Shown here one piece after another: positions 58,809 through 64,000 of a DNA stretch of 64,000 nt (positions within the stretch are counted from its first letter, which is position 1; the number at the start of each line of letters is the position of its first letter). The notes beneath the pieces were generated by a model. That model did no database searches. It had not been told where the DNA came from and was given only the letters and a program-made list of their open reading frames with translations. The position numbers and the translations under genes are program-made. The stretch spans positions 9,300,001 to 9,364,000 of the forward strand of contig NC_134031.1 of NCBI RefSeq assembly GCF_964204645.1, read 5' to 3'. The stretch comes from Tubulanus polymorphus (taxonomy: Eukaryota; Animalia; Nemertea).

Positions 58809-59897
58809 ATGATGAAAAAAGAACAATATTTGAGAGATTTATATTATAACCCAGAAAGTGAAGTTTCATATTCAAGTGTTTCAGAATTATGGAATAAAAT
58901 TAAATCTAATAAAGAAAAAATAAAATATAGTGAATTAAAATCATGGTTACAAAATCAACCCACATATCAAATTCATAAAAAGATGGATAAAAAATATTTA
59001 ACAAGAAAAGTAATGGTTTCATATATTGACCAACAATGGCAAGCTGATTTAATTGACATGAAAAACTTAGAAGAATATAACAAAGGATATTTTTGGATAC
59101 TAAATGTTATAGATATATTCAGTAGATACGCATGGAGTATCCCGATTAAAAATAAAACTGGTATAGAAGTTACAAATTCTTTCAAATTAATATTTAAAGA
59201 AGCTATTCCAGATAAAATACAATTTGATGAAGGTAAGGAATTTTATAAGAAACATTTCAAAAAACTATTATCTGATAACGATGTAGAATATTTTTCAACA
59301 CATTCAGATAAAAAAGCATCCGTTATAGAAAGATTTAATAAAACATTGAAAACTAGAATGTGGAAATATTTCACCGCTAATGAAACATATAAATATATCG
59401 ATGTGTTAGATGATTTAGTTAAAGGTTATAATAATTCTAAACATAGTTCTATAAATATGAAACCTATACAAGCTAGAAAAGAAGAAAATTCAGAAATTGT
59501 TTGGAATAATTTATATGGTGCGTTTGTTACACATGATTTTGGAGAACCTAAATTTAAAATAGGACAACATGTTAGAATTTCTAAATATCGAAAAACATTT
59601 TATAAAGGTTATACCCCTAATTTTACTGAAGAAATATTTAAAATTAAAAAGATAATATTAACTAAACCATTTGTTTATAAACTAGAAGATCTAAAAGATG
59701 AAGAAATATTAGGTTATTTCTATGAACAAGAATTATCACTTGTACCAAATCCAGATGAAATAGAATACAAAATAGAAAAAGTATTGAAAACTAAAACTCT
59801 TAAAGGAAAAAAGTATTCTTTGGTGAAATATAAAGGATATGATGATAAATTCAAGGAATGGATTTTATCTAGTAAAATTAAAAGAATAAATGAATAA
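58809..59897 (+). CDS. rve integrase with chromodomain, intact
   Basis: QAD, FDEGKEF, IERFNKT (D-D-E); YKIEKVL..YSLVKYKGY....EWI chromodomain. Confidence 0.95.
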   Translation: MMKKEQYLRDLYYNPESEVSYSSVSELWNKIKSNKEKIKYSELKSWLQNQPTYQIHKKMDKKYLTRKVMVSYIDQQWQADLIDMKNLEEYNKGYFWILNVIDIFSRYAWSIPIKNKTGIEVTNSFKLIFKEAIPDKIQFDEGKEFYKKHFKKLLSDNDVEYFSTHSDKKASVIERFNKTLKTRMWKYFTANETYKYIDVLDDLVKGYNNSKHSSINMKPIQARKEENSEIVWNNLYGAFVTHDFGEPKFKIGQHVRISKYRKTFYKGYTPNFTEEIFKIKKIILTKPFVYKLEDLKDEEILGYFYEQELSLVPNPDEIEYKIEKVLKTKTLKGKKYSLVKYKGYDDKFKEWILSSKIKRINE

Positions 59898-60504
59898 AGA
59901 TTTATTTATATTTGAACCACATAATATGTTAGTTACTGGAGTTACAAATTGTGGTAAAACACACTTCATATTATATTTATTAGAAACTATTTATAAAAAT
60001 CATTTTGATAATATAATATTATTCTGCCCAACTTATGAAATGAATGAAACGTATAATAGAGATATAGTTTTTAAAGATAAAAAGTTTATTATATTAAATT
60101 CTAAAACAGTGAAAGATAATTTAGATAATTGTATAAAAATTGCAATAGATATTTATAAAGGATCTAATACATTATTTATTATTGATGATTGCGCAAATTT
60201 ACATGATTCAAAAGTTAGAGAAAGTGAGTTATGTTATTTAGCTTTCTCTGGTAGACATTTTGGGATAACAACATGGGTTTTAAATCAGAAATATAATTCA
60301 ATTGTGAAAGACTTTAGGGAGAATATAAGATTTCTAGTTTTATTCTACAACAAAGATAGAAAATCTATGCAACAATCATTAGAAGAAAATCAAATTATAC
60401 CTCCTGAATTACATGATGAATATATGAATAAATTAAAGAATAATAAAGGTTCCAAATTACTTATGAGATTACAATTTCCATATGAATATAAATTTATAAA
60501 ATAA
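59890..60504 (+). CDS. A32/FtsK-like packaging ATPase, intact
   Basis: GVTNCGKT, FIIDDC, GRHFGITTWVLNQ. Confidence 0.92.
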   Translation: MNKDLFIFEPHNMLVTGVTNCGKTHFILYLLETIYKNHFDNIILFCPTYEMNETYNRDIVFKDKKFIILNSKTVKDNLDNCIKIAIDIYKGSNTLFIIDDCANLHDSKVRESELCYLAFSGRHFGITTWVLNQKYNSIVKDFRENIRFLVLFYNKDRKSMQQSLEENQIIPPELHDEYMNKLKNNKGSKLLMRLQFPYEYKFIK

Positions 60505-60559
60505 CTATTTGTATACCTATGTATTAGATATGTATTAGATATATATTATATACCTCCCC

Positions 60560-61125
60560 CTAATGTCTTTATTGTCTTTAGTACTTTAGTACTTTTAGTA
60601 CATAAAGAATAAATCTTTATTTTATTAATACTTTAGAAAATAAAATAGAACTACTAAACTACTAAAGATAATAAAGACATAACAAACACCATAGATTTAT
60701 CATTACTGAATCAAATATATATAATAAATATGTGAGATAAATAAATCTATGATATTTATTACATCTATATGTGTTTGTTATGTCTTTATTATCTTTAGTA
60801 GGTTTAGTACTTTTAGTACATAAAGAATAAATCTTTATTTAAATAGTATTTAGAAAAATAAATATATAAATAATTTTTATAAATTATAAATCTATGATAT
60901 ATATAATAAATATGTGTGATAAATAGATTTAATTATTGAAATAGTAATATATAAAATCCATCAGATGAATAAATATAATTATTGAAACAGTGCTATATAT
61001 ATTTATGTCTTTATTGTCTTTAGTAGTTTAGTAGTTTTAAAAATAATTTTATTCACTACTAATAAAATAAAGATTTATTCTTTATGTACTAAAAGTACTA
61101 AGCCTACTAAAGACAATAAAGACAC
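60560..61125. repeat. AT-rich nested inverted/direct repeats between convergent genes
   Basis: 60563-60625 is the approximate reverse complement of 61062-61125; further copies of TGTCTTTATT.TCTTTAGTA near 60781 and 61006. Confidence 0.8.
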
Positions 61126-61151
61126 AAAGGGTATTATATTCATATTTTAAA

Positions 61152-62339
61152 TTACTTTTCTGATTCTAATTCTGAAAACAATTTGCTCCATGCATCTCTT
61201 AATTCTTGCGATCTTCTTTCACCTAACAGTTTAAAATGATAACTATTACCATTCAAACCCTTAACCCAGAATTCATAAGTTAAATAAATATATTGGTTTA
61301 ATTTGTCTTCACTTATATTTTTATATTTATTTTTTGCTTCATTTCTTATTTTATTTATAATATCCTGTGAAAAATCTTCATAACTGTAGTATTGAATTAT
61401 TTCATCAAAGTTATCACTTATATTATCATTAGCAGCAACTTTTTTCAATTCTGTTAAAAAATCTATATTTTTAAATTTGATGAAATAATATATACCTGGA
61501 ATACAATTATTTAGATCAATTTTTATAATCATCCGACGAGTTTTTAGATCTGATAATACTTGTTTTGGATTATTTCTTACATAATCGATAAAAATTGATC
61601 TATATAATTTCCTATGATCATTATTTTCGATATCAAAAAATACACTTGGTACTCTATAAAGGATATTTAAATCAGCAGCTTTTATTGTATGTTCAAAAGA
61701 ATTATCATGTTTAATTCTATCTTTAGGTAATACAACAACATTACACTTTTCACATATATTTCTTTCTATATTATCCAAATGTATCTGTGTTAATTTATGC
61801 TTTGAAAAATTACTACGACTTATATATTTATCACATTCTTCACAATATTTATCTTCTTTAACATTATCATTATCAATTTCACTATCATTATTCAATTCAT
61901 TTAAAATCTTATTCTTATTTTTCTTATGCTTGAGTGAATTAAGATGAGTTGCCCAATTCTTATAACTTTTATACTGTTTACATACGTCACAATATTTTTC
62001 ATTTGTCTTTTTTGATTCAATATCATATGTTGTAGAGGGTATATTATAAGATACATATCCTGTTACATCTTCTATTTTATATTCAATATCATTCTTATCT
62101 TCTATTTTATATTCAATATCATTCTTATCTTCTATTTTAGGTTCAATATTATCTTCTATTTTAGGTTCAATATTATCTTCTATTTTTGTTTCAATATTCT
62201 GAACTATTTTACTTATTCTATATTTGAATTGATTAAAGTAATCTCCAAAATACTTACTGTATTCATCATAAGGTAATATATAATATATATCTGATATCAT
62301 TTCACTTGGAGATTGTATTTCATATATTCCACCTTCCAT
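61152..62339 (-). CDS. Variable protein with three matrin/C2H2-like zinc fingers and IEDNIEPK repeats
   Basis: YCDVC..HLNSLKH, YCEEC..HKLTQIH, ICEKC..HDNSFEH. Confidence 0.7.
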   Translation of the reverse strand: MEGGIYEIQSPSEMISDIYYILPYDEYSKYFGDYFNQFKYRISKIVQNIETKIEDNIEPKIEDNIEPKIEDKNDIEYKIEDKNDIEYKIEDVTGYVSYNIPSTTYDIESKKTNEKYCDVCKQYKSYKNWATHLNSLKHKKNKNKILNELNNDSEIDNDNVKEDKYCEECDKYISRSNFSKHKLTQIHLDNIERNICEKCNVVVLPKDRIKHDNSFEHTIKAADLNILYRVPSVFFDIENNDHRKLYRSIFIDYVRNNPKQVLSDLKTRRMIIKIDLNNCIPGIYYFIKFKNIDFLTELKKVAANDNISDNFDEIIQYYSYEDFSQDIINKIRNEAKNKYKNISEDKLNQYIYLTYEFWVKGLNGNSYHFKLLGERRSQELRDAWSKLFSELESEK

Positions 62340-62371
62340 TTAATATAAGATTTTTTATTAAAGTTAAAATT

Positions 62372-63619
62372 TTAATACATAACACTATCTAATTGTGAAT
62401 TTACAATATTTAATTGCGCGTCAGATATAATATAAATGTGCATTTTAAAATTTTTGATTCCCTTTTTCTTTGTCATTAATAATTGTATTCCATCTTTTGT
62501 ATTTTGTAATTTTTTCCCAGAACCATGTAATAAGTTATCTTCAGTTGTTCTAAAATCTAACCATAATGCATATTTATTACCGGTATAATAATCAATTTGA
62601 TTAATATTACAATTTTCAAATGATTTTATTTTTTCATTCATAAAATGTTTTTTAATTTCTACCCATTGATCAATCATTCTCATTCCTTGACAAAATATTT
62701 TATTCGCTATTCCTTCGATAGTTATTTCTACTTTTGTTATTTCAGGATTATAATAATTATCAACATTTATTGCGCCATTAGTATACGTTCCAATGGTAAA
62801 AAATATTAATATACCTTTAATAGATCTTCTAGGGAAGTTAATATTCTCATTAATTATTTCATCATTTGCATTAATAGTTACAGTTTTAAATTTATCAATA
62901 TAATCATATAATAACGAAAACCCTTGATTGTATTGAGTTTGAATTGTTCTAGCAATATTTTCATCAGTTACTGTATCATATTCTAAACATATATTCGATA
63001 ATTTATAACTCATATCTTTATTAACGCTAGATAATACAATTTCATTTACAGGAGCAAATGTTATCTCAAATATAATATCTTCTTGAATTGCGTATTTATA
63101 TAAAGGTGCATTATTATTTATCAATTCAAAGTCTAATGGAATTTTATATTTGCTTCCATATATACTTTTTATCAATTTATCTACATCATTAGTTAATATT
63201 GCGCTATTAGCTTCTGATCTTAATTTATTTTGGTTTTCTGATTGAATTCCTTGAAATATCATATTATTTCTATTTTCTTTAGTTAACCATAAATCTTTAT
63301 AATGCATAAATAAATTATAATCATCTAATGAGAAAACTGTTTCTGGACCAATCTTTATTGTTAACTTTTTAATCAAATACCTTCCAACATTATCAACGAC
63401 ATAATTATTATTATTACCGATTACTTTTATATCAGCTGATAAATAAATACTATTTGGAACATAAAAAGTATTTTGTGTTAATCTAGGAATTCTAACGTAT
63501 AAAGTTTCATCGGGATTAATATTTGAAGGGTTATGAGTAACTATATGATGTGATCTTTCTGCTTTAATAGCATTAGCTATTCTAGAAATCTTAGAAGTAC
63601 TTATATAACTCCCACTCAT
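62372..63619 (-). CDS. Putative major capsid protein, intact
   Basis: 415 aa, collinear and highly similar to 39099-40346. Confidence 0.75.
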   Translation of the reverse strand: MSGSYISTSKISRIANAIKAERSHHIVTHNPSNINPDETLYVRIPRLTQNTFYVPNSIYLSADIKVIGNNNNYVVDNVGRYLIKKLTIKIGPETVFSLDDYNLFMHYKDLWLTKENRNNMIFQGIQSENQNKLRSEANSAILTNDVDKLIKSIYGSKYKIPLDFELINNNAPLYKYAIQEDIIFEITFAPVNEIVLSSVNKDMSYKLSNICLEYDTVTDENIARTIQTQYNQGFSLLYDYIDKFKTVTINANDEIINENINFPRRSIKGILIFFTIGTYTNGAINVDNYYNPEITKVEITIEGIANKIFCQGMRMIDQWVEIKKHFMNEKIKSFENCNINQIDYYTGNKYALWLDFRTTEDNLLHGSGKKLQNTKDGIQLLMTKKKGIKNFKMHIYIISDAQLNIVNSQLDSVMY

Positions 63620-63664
63620 TTATTTAACAAAAAAAATTAATTATTTATTTTTTGATATCATGGT

Positions 63665-64000
63665 TTACTTGATATTTTTTGATATCATATTTACTAAACC
63701 AAAAATAATAGCACTTACAACTGTAATTAAAAATAAAATAATATGTTCAGCAGCAAAGTTAATAATGTTTCCTGCAGATTTCAATATAAAACCAACAATT
63801 GATGCAATAACTCCTGGCAATGCTGCAGCAGATTTTTTAGATAGTTCCCATAAATATTTTGCTAATTTCTTTAAACCATCTTTAACTTTATCTTGTATAG
63901 AATTATTGCCTGGAGGTTTATCTGGTTTATTTGGAGTAGGAGTAGATTTCAAAGCATTTGATATTGCTAAACCAATTGTTGTAAATAACATAGTTACAGC
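63665..64000 (-). CDS. C-terminus of the coiled-coil/TM protein (5' part outside the window)
   Basis: Matches 40387-40720. Confidence 0.75.
   Translation of the reverse strand, partial: AVTMLFTTIGLAISNALKSTPTPNKPDKPPGNNSIQDKVKDGLKKLAKYLWELSKKSAAALPGVIASIVGFILKSAGNIINFAAEHIILFLITVVSAIIFGLVNMISKNIK

Larger units (their letters stand above)
54913..64000. mobile_element. Polinton-like element 2 (continues beyond the window; the 54913 terminus may belong to a separate copy)
   Basis: Terminal hairpin 54913-55326; first ~30 codons of the pPolB ORF at 55410-55497; unrelated DNA 55500-56815; then intact homologs of element 1 genes. Confidence 0.85.

Overview
AT-rich eukaryotic (probably marine invertebrate; inference) genomic window that is almost entirely nested mobile DNA. 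The only clear host genes are a BBLN/C9orf16-like ORF and a C1orf109/AIRIM-like ORF about 60 bp apart at 5.0-6.3 kb. The dominant feature is a family of Polinton/Maverick-like (adintovirus-like) endogenous viruses. One copy is fully bounded (17239-49417, 6-bp TSD TCCGGG) with pPolB, rve integrase, packaging ATPase, major and minor capsid and HNH genes. A second runs from 54913 off the window end, and there are two fragments at 9.3-14.4 kb. Three things about this family stand out: each terminus is a ~410-bp fold-back hairpin whose arms co-vary between copies; nearly every gene starts at a T-run...TAAATG motif resembling a poxvirus late promoter; and a 27-bp GC-rich double hairpin sits in frame in different genes in different copies. 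Other elements: an RTE LINE, an RTEX-like LINE whose ORF1 and ORF2 are in frame across a single TAG, a Penelope-like element with a hammerhead motif, Helentron/HINE-type elements, two 9-bp-TSD Mutator-like elements (one carrying spliced SGNH exons plus a Ulp1-protease/GATA-finger ORF), a Kolobok-like remnant, a tRNA-derived SINE and minisatellites. All family calls are from motif recognition by eye; no searches were run.
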